Made by a program: the position numbers and the translations under genes. Shown here in pieces: positions 38,871-51,352 of a stretch of DNA of 64,000 nucleotides. This stretch comes from Takakia lepidozioides. Taxonomy: Eukaryota > Plantae > Bryophyta. The stretch spans positions 74,400,001-74,464,000 of the forward strand of contig CM060732.1 in the NCBI GenBank assembly GCA_030704615.1, read 5' to 3'. The notes under the pieces were generated by a model, which was not told the DNA's origin, searched no databases, and saw only the letters and a program-made list of their open reading frames with translations. Position 1 is the stretch's first letter. Every line of letters starts with the position of its first letter.

Positions 38871-38886
38871 CCCAGTATGGTCGCCA
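38871..38886 (-). promoter_or_regulatory. Primer-binding site (probably tRNA-Arg), element A
   Basis: Minus strand TGGCGACCATACTGGG begins 2 nt after the LTR-terminal CA. Confidence 0.8.
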
Positions 38887-38888
38887 AA

Positions 38889-39530
38889 TGTCGCGCGGCT
38901 TTTACTCACCCATCCCTTCGCTATCCGAGGCGGGAAATCTCTAAGCATTCAGCTCGCTCAGAACAATCAGTCATGACCTACAGCTAGTGTATCATGGGGG
39001 TGTTTCCTATTTGTTTTCCTTCCCGCATTCATGTTAGCTAGTTACCTTACTGTTGGTATTTAAGTATCAATTTGCTTCAACAATCTATCGGATTCCATCA
39101 ACTCATCCATTCATTCCACAGCTTCACTCAGATCTCTCTACACAGTGTGAGTATGAAGTATGTATCAGATTAATATTTATCAAGTATCAGGCTGAAGCCA
39201 TGGTATCTCTATTCTGCTCTACATTACAACTCTACTTCTTGCATTCAGCAAGTATCAACAGATCGTTCTCCTCCTACTCCGTGCTCTCCCTCTTTCTGCT
39301 CAGAGATGCGTTCTCCGCTTCATTTCCTCGTTCTGATTTCCACCCAGTGATGTGTGTAGTCCCCCAAGAAGTGATCCTTTTCCAGTCCTCGCTCCTGGCT
39401 TTATCTTCCTACCCATTGTTCTAACTGTTTCCCTCACTAACCGTCATCCGTGAACTAACATGTTCCATTCGCAGATGTTGTTCCCCACAGTCGTTCCCTG
39501 TCCTGCTATCCGTTCCCTATGGTCGTGACA
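38889..39530 (-). repeat. 5' LTR of element A (alternative outer end near 39815)
   Basis: TGTCGCG...CGTGACA terminal inverted heptamer, adjacent to the PBS. Confidence 0.6.
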
Positions 39531-39811
39531 GCTGTGTCAAGCTGTGACTGGCTGTGCGACTGTGTTGGGCTGTGTCGGGCTGTGTCGAGCTGTGACTAGC
39601 TGTGACGGCTGTGTCGGACTGTGACGGGTTGTGTTGGACTGTGACGGGCTGTGTCGGACTGTGACGAGCTGTGTTGGCTGTGACGGGTTGTGTAACCCCC
39701 CCTTAAAGTGCACTACTGTCACCCCTAAGGCTCCTGTTGGTCTCAGTCTGTGCAAAAATTAAGGGTACCCCACAGATCCCGTAAAAGTGCCTAAGTCCCA
39801 GACAGTCCTCT

Positions 39812-40180
39812 AACACATGATTGCAGGGTAAGCGCAACAATACGGGTGTGGGATTGATGCTTTGGAGATGTATGAGCAAATAATACGAGAGAGGGCTGAA
39901 GCCCAGACACATCACATTTCTTTGTGTTTATAATGCGTGTGGGAGGCTGCATGCAGCTCTGGAAAATGGCAAAGAGGTCCATGGTGACATCATCAAAGCT
40001 GGAACATTTCCAGATGTCATTATGAACAATACCCTCATGGACACCTATGTCAAATGTGGAGCAAGATTTGGATCCATACATGATTGTTCCGGAGGCAGGG
40101 GTAGTTGAAGGAGCATGAATGAGGATGGGTAGAAATTCATGCAGCTGTTGCAGCGGCACAGTTGATAAAATCAGGCACCT
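39812..40180 (+). pseudogene. PLS-class pentatricopeptide-repeat gene fragment
   Basis: With one stop and a frameshift reads MIAG*AQQYGCGIDALEMYEQIIRE-GLKPRHITFLCVYNACGRLHAALENGKEVHGDIIKAGTFPDVIMNNTLMDTYVKCG, then a second L-like motif EIHA..QLIKSG. Confidence 0.85.
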
Positions 40181-40249
40181 CAACCATGACCACAGTTCTG
40201 AAAGGGAGGGAGTCCACAATGCCTCTTCTAGCAGCGGCAGCAGCGCAAT

Positions 40250-41648
40250 TGATAGGGACTTGCAGAACTGTTTTCTTATGTTTGATCATGTGAAACGAGT
40301 GAAGGATTGGACGACAATGGCTTGTCATGTCTACGATCCAGTGTACCAACGAGTTATGACAATTGCAGTTTGTGACATGCAATCCGAGGATACGGAATCC
40401 CAGAAGCTCATGTGGAATTCCATGATACGTGTCATGGGCTGCCATGGGCTGCCATCTCCAAATTTCGCAGGTTTCATGGCGGATAGTGCTCAAGCAAAAT
40501 TTCAATGCTATTCGTATTGTCTTCGGATCGAGCGACCCAAAAGTGCCAATGCGAGAAAGAGAGCGTACATGTCTATTCCATTGGACACAATCTCTGGAAA
40601 AACATACAAAGTCGGACATCAAACCAGAGATGCAGACTCAGCACCGTAAATTGTGCAAAGAGTACAAAGATGCTAGAACAATGAAGGAGGCAGACACTTT
40701 GTTCCAGACAATTCATGCCTGGTGCAACCTCCAACACGACGGCAAGCTCTAGCATCGAACAGTGCCACTGAAATGGTGCAGGAGAGAAACAACCCCCTTG
40801 ATGTGTTTGAGTCCGCATGCCCCGACCACGTTTGGCACATAGAACGCACAAGTGCAGGGTCTCGTGTGAAATGTACAGCGATCAGGGCAACTAATTTCGA
40901 GAACTGCACTTCATCTATATCCAGAGGTGGTGCCCGAACTCCTGCTCCGACTTTCACGGGTTTGATGCGTCCATACGGTCAACCAGAAGCCAAGAACCAC
41001 AAGTTCTGGTTCTGCGCAGATGATTGTGCCAGATGTGTGCATGGAACTGTGCGTCCTTCCATAGTGATGAAGTCATCTCCTCCAACCGTTTGGCCCGTGA
41101 AGGTGGGAACACATCTCAGATTTCAGGAGATTGAAATGCTGGAGGAGGCAGGCTTTTCCCTTGCGAGACAACCCCAACTCCATGCATGTGCTACTACTTC
41201 TGCGTCCTCCCGGGTCCCCCTGGCAAATCCTGACTTGTGGCCAACCACACGAGATGGAAAGCTCGTTCGGCGTTTCCCTCCAACCGCTGAACACTTTGAC
41301 AAAGTGGAGTCCGCGAGAATGCTCCAAGCTCGTGTTGGAAGCACCACGGAAATGCCCGATCCAGGATATGGTCGGGTATTCATAATCATCACTTCCACAT
41401 CTGCTGTTCATGACAGGACCTACGACATCACGGTTTCCAATTTCCCCAATTGCACATGTCCTGATTTTGTGAATATGCTATCAACCAGTTTGGGCAAGAG
41501 AGGTAAATTCATACCCTGCAAACATTTGTATTTCATATTTTTGAAGAGGATGGTTTGCGATCCCAAACGTGACAACTTCATTCACCAGGCCACTATGAGT
41601 TTCAACGAGGTCGATACTCTATTGCAGCGGGATACAACACATGGGTAG
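40250..41648 (+). pseudogene. Mutator-like (MULE) transposase with C-terminal SWIM zinc finger, 5' truncated and internally deleted
   Basis: FDHVKRV..WTTMACHVYDP, GFMADSAQA, RERTCLFHW (CxxH), and SWIM NCTCPDF...CKHLYFI. Confidence 0.8.
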
Positions 41649-42079
41649 CATCAACTATGCAATGTGGTATGTGGACGACCATGATTTGAAATGTGTAATT
41701 CACATCAATTCGTCGGCGGTGCAATGATATGGCCTCCAACTATACTGAGTGAGCTCTGAGTGGCAACTTTTAAAAGCACATTTGTCATTGCACCGTTCGA
41801 AGTCTACATGTCTTGCTGTCGCTATGCACTACAATCATCTTTTGAAGATGATCCTAACTCTCATTGTTATTTGAGGAGGGAGGAAGGTCTTCCCGTGGCA
41901 GCCTCTATGGCGCATACTTTGTGAGGATATTTTCTCGTCCTCGTAATTGTAAAAGTGAAACAAGCATTTGTAATTGCACAATGTTGGATGCTACAATTGT
42001 AGGCCTCATGGTAGTCTTGATTCTATTTAGGCAAGATTCCTTGCATTAATTCCACGGTCATAGGACCATCCTCGGTTAT

Positions 42080-42297
42080 AGGCGGCGCATATTAATGCTG
42101 ACGTGACAGATGACAGACAGTGCCACGTCATCATTTGCCGCCACATCAGCATGCTGACATGACGCTCACGCCACGTCAGCGTGGGTGCAGGCTCACGCCA
42201 CGTCAGCTGGCGTGAGCGTACGCTCACACCACGTCACTCTTGCGTGAGCGTACGCTCGCGCGCTCACGCGCAACGCTCACGCCATTGCGTCGTTGCC
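42080..42297. repeat. Probable terminal region of the MULE element (CACGCCACGTCAGC and GTGAGCGTACGCTCAC palindromes)
   Basis: Dense ACGT-core direct and inverted repeats that end abruptly against a gag fragment. Confidence 0.55.
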
Positions 42298-42680
42298 AGC
42301 AAAAACACATTTGCTAAGGTGGGTTGGGCCGCTTGTAGGAGAGTTGCATCCCGCACCCTTCTCCTCAGCTCCTTGTCCAATATCCCATACCAAAATTGGA
42401 CTGCCTCAGCTTCTGTAACCCCTTGGGTTACATTTATGAAGCGCCTCATGCGAGTGAAAGCCTCCCTCAAGTTCTCAGTAAGCTTCCGTTGGAACTCTTG
42501 CAAGCTCCTCAACTTCTCTGTCCTCACCCCTTGACAGTTCCTTCTCAACTCTTCGAAGAACTCCACAATAGGGTTGAAAGCAGGCACCGCCACTGGTGCT
42601 GGTGTAGCAGTAGCTTGGGTGGACGTCGTAGTTGCTGTACCACTAGTCCCACTACTGCTCGTGGAAGCTGCTGTTGTAGG
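42298..42680 (-). pseudogene. Gag fragment of a third retroelement family
   Basis: FFEELRRNCQG...LQEFQRKLTENLREAFTRMRRFI...AVQFWYGILDKELR is a retrotransposon gag major-homology-like region, distinct from the gags of A and B. Confidence 0.65.
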
Positions 42681-45600
42681 TAACCATAAAACAATTTCCC
42701 CATCCTGGAAAGATTTTTCTTTCCCTTCGGATATTCTTTTTCTTCGTTGTTCTTGAATTCATGCCATGTTATCTGCAGCGTCTGCCCGAACTTCTTCCAG
42801 ATGAAATAACTCATGTTCCCTGACTCGTAGAGATTCCTCTAAACCCCATCGTTCATGAGTTCCGGTTCGTAGTGTGGGTATCATGCATTCAATGGGTAAT
42901 AGTGCCTTTGCTCCATACACCAGTTGAAATGGTGTATGTTTCGTGGTCACCTTGTATGATGTTCTGAATGCCCATAGTGTTGTGTTCAATTTGGTGTCCC
43001 AATCTGTACGATTGGCATTTACTATCTTGGTTAAGATAGTGCATAATATCTTGTTGGTAGATTCGGCCTGGCCATTTCCTTGGGGATAGTAAGCAGTGCT
43101 CTTGTGATGTACGATCATGAACTCCTCCGTCAAGCATTTTATGGCATCGTTTATAAAATGTGATCCTTGATCACTTACAAATTCCAGTGGGCAACCAAAT
43201 CGTGTGATGATGTTTTCATATAAGAATTTGGCTGTCGACCTGGCAGTGTTGTCTCTTAGCGCCTTGGCCTCTACCCATTTGGTAGTGTAGTCAGTGGCTG
43301 TGAGAATGTATTGGTTCTGTGTGTACCTTGCTGGAGGTTTAATGGGTCCCACGAAGTCTAGTCCCCAGCGTTGAAATGGTTATGTTGGTAGTATTGGGTG
43401 AATAGTACCCTTCCCAATTCGTTCTACTAGCCCATCCTCTGGCAAACATCACACTGTTGACAGAGTTCATAAGTGTCTCCAAATACAGTAGGCCACCAGT
43501 AACCTACTAATAATATCTTCTTTGCTGTCAGGTCAGAACTGAAGTGTCCTCCTGCAATTTCTTTGTGTAGCTCTTGCATCACTGTTTTGGCTTGTTCTCA
43601 ATCACACACCTTCTCATTATGAGAATTCCCTTGATTACTGTGTATGGCTTGCTTTTAATTGAAAGCTTTCTCCTGTCATCTTTGGTGAAGTCTTCAGGAA
43701 ATTTTCATGTGTTCAGATAGTATTTGATTGGCCATTGCCAATCGTCCGGATCTTGATCTTGATTCTGAATGTATTCTGATTCTTCCTTGGTAACTGTATA
43801 AACTCCAATACTGGCCAATTCTTGATTATTTGGCTCTTTCCGTGGTGCTATAGTTCTTCTCAGCTGCTGTCAGCAATCTGCTTGCATAATAGATTGGTGA
43901 ATCTATTGTGCCTGTCACATTTTGGGCCAGAACTGCCCCCAAAGCAATGCCTGATGCATCACTGTGTACATGAAATGGTAGATCCCATCTTGGATTTATT
44001 AGAATTGGTGTTGTTGTGAGTGCCATTTTTAGTGAATCAAATGATTCTTGGCAAGCTGGAGACCATCGGTATTCGGCATCTTTCTTCAGTAGTCTATAGA
44101 CTGGTGCCGCTCTGTGAGCATATTTGGCCATGTACCTTCTGTAATAGCTTGTCTATCCCAGAAATCTCTTGAGTTTCTTGGGATTTTCTGGTGGTGGTAT
44201 TTTCTAGATAACATCCACTTTCTTTGGATCCACCAGAATTCCCTGTTGGCACACAATGTGTCCCAACAGTAATCCTAAATTCACACAAAATGTACATTTT
44301 CCCGGATGAGACTTACTCCATTGTTTCTGCAGGCGTGTAGGCAAAGTTTTAACTGTGCCAAGTGTTTGGATTTCTGTCCGAAGACACTGAAATAATCCAA
44401 AAATACCTGCATAAAATCGTTGAGATAATTCTTGAATATCTCAGATACTGCTCGCTGAAACGTGGCTGGTGCGTTGCAAAGTCCAAATGGCATGACTTCG
44501 TAAGCATAGGCTCCCCATTCAGTGATGAATGCGGTCTTTTCTTGGTCTTCTTCTGCCATCTGCACCTGGTTGTACCTACTGAACACATCCATGAATGAGT
44601 ACATCTCATGTCCTGCCACTGTGTCCAACACTATTTCTGTGAAAGATAGTGGAAATGGGTCTTTCTTGGTTCTTGCGTTTAATTTGCAGTAGTCCACACA
44701 TACTCGTAATTTTCCATTCTCCTTGGGTACTATCACAATGGGTGATAACCATTGTGGTGTCTCTACTGGGTATATGAATCCTGCATCCAGTAATTTCTTG
44801 ATTTCTTCCCAAACTTTAGCTGCATAGTTGGGGTTCATTCTGTAACGGTTCTGACGAATTGGTTTCGTGTCAACTTCCAATTCAATTCGGTGCTGACAGA
44901 TGTTGGAAGGTATACCCTTCAAATCTTTTTAGTTCCAGGCAAATACATCTTTGTATTCAATGAATAATGCAGTGGCTTCTTGTAGAAATGATTCTCCGAG
45001 ACCTGCACTTACTCGTATTATCTGTGGTTCTTCCACTGTTCCCAAATTCACTTGAATCAATTGAGTTTCTTCCGTTACTGTCCATCCTGCAATCTCCTGT
45101 CCGATGGTTACAATCGTGGCAGGTACTTCACTGATTTTAATGTCCTCTTCTCTTTCTTGATAAAAACGGGCAGGGTGTTGAGGTGTGTCCATAGCTTCTT
45201 CCTCAGGATCTTCCGTTCTCGGAGTATTCGGTTCTCCTTGGGTGTTCACCATGTGACATCCTACTGTTGTGGTATGTTTGACCACTAATTGCCCAATAGG
45301 TTCCAACTGTGGATGTGCTGCATATACTGTGGCTTCTTCTTCATCCGACAGTCCACTGGACCAATCATACTCTTCCACTATGCAAGGTCATTTCTCTCGT
45401 GGAATGGTACCTTGTTGCTTCGTAGTGATAGTGACTTGTTCTGATCCAATTTTTGATCGTGAGAGTTTGATTTCCCCAATCATGGTGTGATTGGGCTTGT
45501 GTTAACCATGGTCAGCCAAGTAGTAGCGAATATCCTTCTGCCACATCTTCCATTCTGAGAATGGTTACTGATACTTCGTATACTAGTCCTGCTACTTCCA

Positions 45601-47899
45601 TTGCAAGTTGTCTGATGATACCCAATGGCTGCACTTTTCGTTGATCGGCCATTCGTACCGTGAATGGAGCAGGTTCCATGTGCCCCAATCCTAGTGACTT
45701 CTTCATCCTGTCTGTCATGATATTCACTCCGGATCCTCCATCGATGAGTACGTCCGTTACCAGTTTCCGTCCAATACGTACTTGTATTACTGGTATTGCT
45801 TCGTCGTAGTCTGGAGTTTGTTGTATAGTTGTGGGTTTAATCGTGTAAACTTCTGGTGTTGGTCTTTGTTTTGGTGTGGGGATCAATGCCTCAATTGCCC
45901 GAAATAAAGTTTTCTTGCAGTGTGGAGCAATTTTTAATAATTGTCCAATGGTAATTTGGGTCTTGGTTTGGCAGATTACTTCAGCCAATTCTGTTTCCGT
46001 GGTTGCGTTCGTGGTCTTCGTCGTTGGTCTGATTTGATTATCTGGAGTTGGCTCTCTAGAAGGTATATGGGTTCCTTCTTGCATTTGAGCTATGGCTTTG
46101 CTTACCTCCTGGTGTAAGCTCTTTTCTTCCTGCCATGCTGAACTTTCTGGATATTGTTTTTGTTCTTCTTCAATCTCCTTATCTGGAGGTTTTTGTTTCT
46201 TGGCCTGAGTTCGGGTTACCACAAGGGTATCCACTACAGGAGTTACCACACTCACGGCTACACTTGGTCCGGCTTCCATATTTCCCAATTCTGCCTCATG
46301 CTTGATTCGCAACTGGCATTCGTGTTTCCAGTATCCCTCTTTCTTACAATAGTGACATCTCGTGATTTGATTGTTTCTGGGTTGATGTTCTCTATCCCGT
46401 GGTGGATAGTCATCTCGTGGCCTCTGATAACAATTACCCATATTGTATCGTCTTGGTCCATCTGATCCTCCCCGTTGGACTTGGACTTGGTGTACCCCCA
46501 CCTCTCGTGTGTACCCACTCTTCTTGGCCCGTTGATTGTAAATACAATGGCTGGTATTATGATTGTTCATATGGCAAATATCACAGTATTTGTCTTTCAT
46601 GTGACATTCTGTTGCCAAGTGTCCTGTAGTCCCGCATTTGTGACACCATGTTGCCTTTCGTGGCCCTTCATCTTTAAAATTCTTGATAGCCTCTGCTATC
46701 TTCTGATCCAAAGTGGTTTTGTCAATCACTTCTTTATTCTTTTGCTTGGGTTTTTCTTCATCATCAGAGTCTTCTTCTTCCAAGGGATCCTTGGAATCTT
46801 TACTTTTGCTCTGATGAAATCCCAATTCCAATTTCTTTGCAGTTCCTACTGCTTCAGCCAAAGTGTTGTTAGGCATGACGAAGTCCATTGATGAACCATG
46901 ATTTCTGCAAGTCGTCACCTGGTGCTTGAGGTAGCTTCCTGATCAGAGTCTTCATTCTCTCCAGGTAGTCAACTACCAATTCTTTCTTTTTCTGTCTCAA
47001 GTTCTGTAATCCTTTGAAGATTTCAGACGTGGATTTGTTGGATCTATATCGTTCTTGGCATGCGGCTCTTATATCCGCCCAATTTGCATAGTGATTGGCT
47101 GGAAAGGTTGCCAACCATTCAATGCCTTTTCTGGCCATTGAACAAGGAAATAATCGGATCTTTTCCTGATCTGTTGCTTCATTGTAAATGGTGCACATGT
47201 TCTCAAATTGATTAAGATGGATATCCGGGTCAGATTTCCCATCATATAAAGGAAACGGCGGTCTGGTTTTGCTTGCTGCTAAAGCCATTGGTGCTGCTGG
47301 TGCAACCGGCTGTCCAAACTGGAATGGTCCCGCTGCTGCTGGCTGTGTTGGTGTTGGGATTGTCAAGGCTAGTGGTGTTGCTGGTGTTTGTCTTCCAAAC
47401 AATGATTCAAAACTAGGAGGTCCTTGTCCCAAGGATAGCCGTCTTCCAACTGCTCTCCCTACTAAGCTTAATGAATCTTTAAAAGCTTTGAGTGCAGTCC
47501 TGGTTATCTTTTATGGAGAAGTAGTTTCACTTCTTTCACCTTCTTCACTCAGAATATTCTCAAATTTTTCTTCCAATATTTCAGCAAAACCTCGGTTTGG
47601 ACTTGTTACTGTAGAAGGTCCTTCAGATCTTTCTTGTGGTAACCATTCGCCAAATGCATTACTTGCAAATCCTTCTGGTGTAGTGTTCTCACTTTCCAAA
47701 GATCCGATTTCCTGATCTTCTGGTTTATCATTGTCAATTTGTCTTGATGCCTCACCTTGAATAATATTCAAGTTTTGTAATTCCGGGAACTCTTTTCTCA
47801 ACCGAGCTTCCTTTTCTGCAGCATATTTCTCTATTCTTTCAGCTCTGTCTTACTTAGCTTTTTCCGTAATTTCCTCATTCATTCCCACATCATATACAG

Positions 47900-48485
47900 A
47901 ATTCCTTTTCAGCACCTTTAATAAGCCTTGGTATGTCAGTAAAGAAAATTATAGTGGTCTCTACCCTTTCTCCAAGATTTACACTATCTTGCCAGAATCC
48001 GTATCACGACTTAATTTTCCTTTACTGATTGATCACCAATCTTTTAATGGGCACAATAATACCATTTGTCTTTCTCAGTGTATCTGACTTGTAACAAGTC
48101 TTTGGGTATCCAGTACTCTACTGTTTCTATGATCATATGACAATATTCATTAATTTGAACATCCTTCCCTGAAAATATAACTAGTGTAGCAAACTTTTCT
48201 AATTGAGATTAGAGTAATCAATAAAGCTAGACGAGACAACCATTCTTCACTTCTGATTCTACATTCCCAAGGTGCTCGTGTAATACTAATCACTCCTCCC
48301 TTTAATCCCCATTTGTCATCTTCTTTCGCAGTTGAAAGAAAGATCTTATGTTGTATTGCTACTGGTAATCCATGAAATTTTTTCAGGAATGCTTTCCATT
48401 CCTCTGCTTCCGTTGACTCGTTCTTTTGTGATTTCAAGAAATCACTGAGTAGCCATCCTTCCTTGAGTTCACTTGAACTCAACAT
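47900..48485 (-). pseudogene. ORF0 homologue in element B (frameshifted)
   Basis: EGWLLSDF; FLKKFHGLP..I......DDKWGLKGGVI; WLSRLALLITLISIRKV; YWIPKDLLQV all align to ORF0 of element A. Confidence 0.75.
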
Positions 48486-48513
48486 ACCGTTAGTCCCCAA
48501 TATGGTCGCCAAA

Positions 48514-49413
48514 TGTTAACCGCTGGTTTATGACTTAGACAAAATAGGCTCTCAACTCTACAACCCATTTCCCAAGACATGCAACAGAGGTTGTCCGACG
48601 GTATGCCTTCTGAAACGATTACAGAGTAATCGTTTGAAAGATAGCTAATCCTTGGTAGTCGTATGAATCAACATCTCGGTAGGTTGCTTAATCCTATTAA
48701 TTAAGTTCAACCCACAGTCTCATCAGCTAAAAGGTCTTAGTCGGAAAGGCTGGAGCCTCTTTGTTCATACAATCATACAGTATTCAAGACAACAAGATCT
48801 ATTCTGAGATGATACACATTCTCACCATCTCGCGTTCTCTCATAATGCACATTCTCTCCATCTCACGTTCACTCTACATAGAGATACTTGGAATAGCATG
48901 GCTTTACTTCAGAGTTCATCACATCATAGCATAAGTACACATCGAATTACATTGAGTCCACTGGATACACACTGATCACGGATACCTTCTAAGTTGCGTG
49001 CAGCCCTTTTATACTATGCTCGAAAGATCCGTTACAGCCTGCAGTCGTTAACGACCGTTGCCTAACTGCCTATGCAACCTAAAGGGTTTGCCAAAAAAGT
49101 GGCTCGTGGTAGTGGTCGTGACTTTTGGTCGTGTGCCATAGTGGTACACGGTCCACGGTCCTTCACTACTTCCTCTATTAGTAAAAGCCTATGCTATTGT
49201 GGCCGTGTGTTATCGTGGTTCACGGCCCACTGCTGCTACACTACCCACTACTGCTCCCGTGGTAGTGTACCCTTGTTCCGCCATTTGCTAAGTGCCGCGC
49301 ACTTAGCCTTTTCTGCCTGTGACCAGGTAGTGTAAACCAATCACTACCCGGTATGTCCCATCGTGACTCTCGCTGTCTGGCCCTCGTAGCTGTGTCATAC
49401 TTAGCCGTTATCA
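48514..49413 (-). repeat. 5' LTR of element B (900 bp)
   Basis: TGTTAACCG...CCGTTATCA inverted termini, minus-strand TATAAAAGGG at ~49004-49013, adjacent PBS. Confidence 0.75.
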
Positions 49414-50254
49414 ACCACCATGGAGAAATACAACAATCTGCCACAACCTATAGACAAGTCCACTCAACCAGCACATTTTGAAATAATCAGACGCAGCTTG
49501 CCTGCACCTCAAATAAATCCAACCCCGCTTGGCACCTACTGCCCCAACACCCCACACCCAAATCACTGTTAGCCACACCCACTAGGCCACTCCATCACCC
49601 AATAGACATCCTAACACATAGTCAAATGCTTCCCCCAAACCCACTACACAAAGAATTACATGCACCCCTCAGCATTTCTAGCCTCCTATCAGTTGATGAT
49701 AACAAGTACTACTGTCATACCCAATATGTTCAAACACACTCACTGCCCTGCCCTAATCACTGACCATCCTGCCTAGCCTCACACCATTACAATAGCCACC
49801 CCACATTCACTTCCACACAACCCCAAAGTACACAACATTAATATCCACTTAGCACTAAGCCCCCCCAACTTCACCAGATGTTGTCCCCCACATAACCATG
49901 GCCACCTCCAGATCGCCCAAATTCCAGCCTCCATCACTTCCCTGTCCCCCCAGACAATCGGCACGTTACACAATGTTGCAACACTTTGTAAAGATATGCT
50001 TGATGCTATGTGGGAGCACACACATATATACAAAACTGTGTCTTGTAAGCATATTGGACAACAAAGAGGTATTGACTTGTCTGGCCCTAGGCCCATGGAC
50101 AACAAATGGGGTAGGGGTAGGGCATGGAAGGAGGAAAGGAAGATAACAGAATTTAGGCGATCACCATACAGAATTGGGACCCATCTTGTCCATTTACGTG
50201 ATTGAGCTGTCCTTAAAGAAGCATTTACTTGATCCAAAGTAGGCTGGGAGGAGT

Positions 50255-50570
50255 TTGTTGATATATGAGCTATTGGGGTTGTGTGTGTTGAGTTTAGTTT
50301 CTTGTAGTAGTAGGATATGCGGGGGTGTAGAGTCTGTGAGATGAATCAGGCTCTGAATGCTAGTGGCAAGTGATCCTACATTCCAAGTTATTATGTGGAG
50401 TGAGTGTGCGTTCTGTGAGGAGGGGGTGTGCGGGTGTTGGAGGATCTAGGAGGTTCTGGAGGTGGTGTTCTGATGGGGCTGTGTGTGCAGGGTGAGGGGG
50501 TGGGTGGTGTTGTCACGGGTGGGGGTTGATATCCTGGGATGTCTGCCTTGGCTTGGAGGGTTGCATTGAA
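50255..50570 (-). pseudogene. AP-endonuclease N-terminal fragment of a non-LTR retrotransposon
   Basis: Minus strand reads LHIITWNVGSL...PHILLLQETKL (WN and LQET motifs). Confidence 0.75.
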
Positions 50571-51050
50571 AATATTTTCGAAAGGGGATTGCTAAACCGT
50601 GAGCAGATTCCGTGAGCAGAAAATTCCGTGAGCAGAATTCTGCTCACGGATCTGCATGTGCTCACCTATAACTGCGGACACCTATTCGGCCTAGAGGACC
50701 TATTACTGCGGGTTGTGTCAAGTTTATCATGCACACGTCATTCATCGTTATGGATGAACGATGGATGAACGATGGATGAATGGGGGATGAAAGGATGTTC
50801 GACGAATGGTACATGGATGAATGTCGTTTGTAGATGAATGCAAAACTAAGATGCATTTTTGAATAGTGGTTGCTAAATCCCCCCAGCTCTAGTGAAGGTG
50901 CATTCTTCAACACATTTCAGCCTATTTTTCTTCTGTTATCATAGTCGTCCCTATTTTTTCATGTTGAATTCTGCAAGTTAGCTCGTTGGTGTATCTATGG
51001 TGGTTTTGGAGTGATTTTGACATGTTACTGCCAATGTGGCAACAGGAAAG

Positions 51051-51352
51051 TATCGAAAAGATAACAGAGACGAGGAGACGCTCTGGAAGGAATACGTTTC
51101 CGACCCCAGTCAATGGTGGAACAATCTCCGCAAAAAGGTGAATGCCTGTAGGAAGCAGACGCAAGTCAACATATGAACTAGTGTGATAAGTAGGGTTGGG
51201 TATTTGAAGGAACAATTCTAGGATGTCATTGTCAGCTGCTAGCAGCAAGGCAAGGATGTAACATGATTTTCTGCAGAGGCATGGATATGTGAAGGAGCAG
51301 GGATAGAGTGTGGGTCTAGAATCATCTAAGAGGGCCGATTTTATTTGCAAGG
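51051..51352 (+). pseudogene. Fragment resembling the PDF motif of organellar single-stranded DNA-binding (OSB) proteins
   Basis: EETLWKEYVSDPSQWWNNLRKK followed by a GT donor at 51138; possible second exon near 51320 with R(A/P)DF..K. Confidence 0.5.

Larger units (their letters stand above)
30600..39530 (-). mobile_element. Ty3/Gypsy LTR retrotransposon A (non-chromovirus, Phygy/Selgy/Athila grade), degenerate; 3' LTR not found
   Basis: Order 5'LTR, PBS, ORF0, gag, PR (VLIDGGSG), RT, RH, INT (HHCC; WGLDFVGP; SDQGSHF). No chromodomain and no additional RNase H seen. Left boundary uncertain. Confidence 0.9.
42681..49413 (-). mobile_element. Ty3/Gypsy LTR retrotransposon B (same lineage as A, more decayed, 3' truncated within integrase C-terminus)
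   Basis: LTR, PBS TGGCGACCATATTGGG (48496-48511), ORF0, gag, PR (VLIDGGSG), RT, RH and INT fragments homologous to A. Confidence 0.92.
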
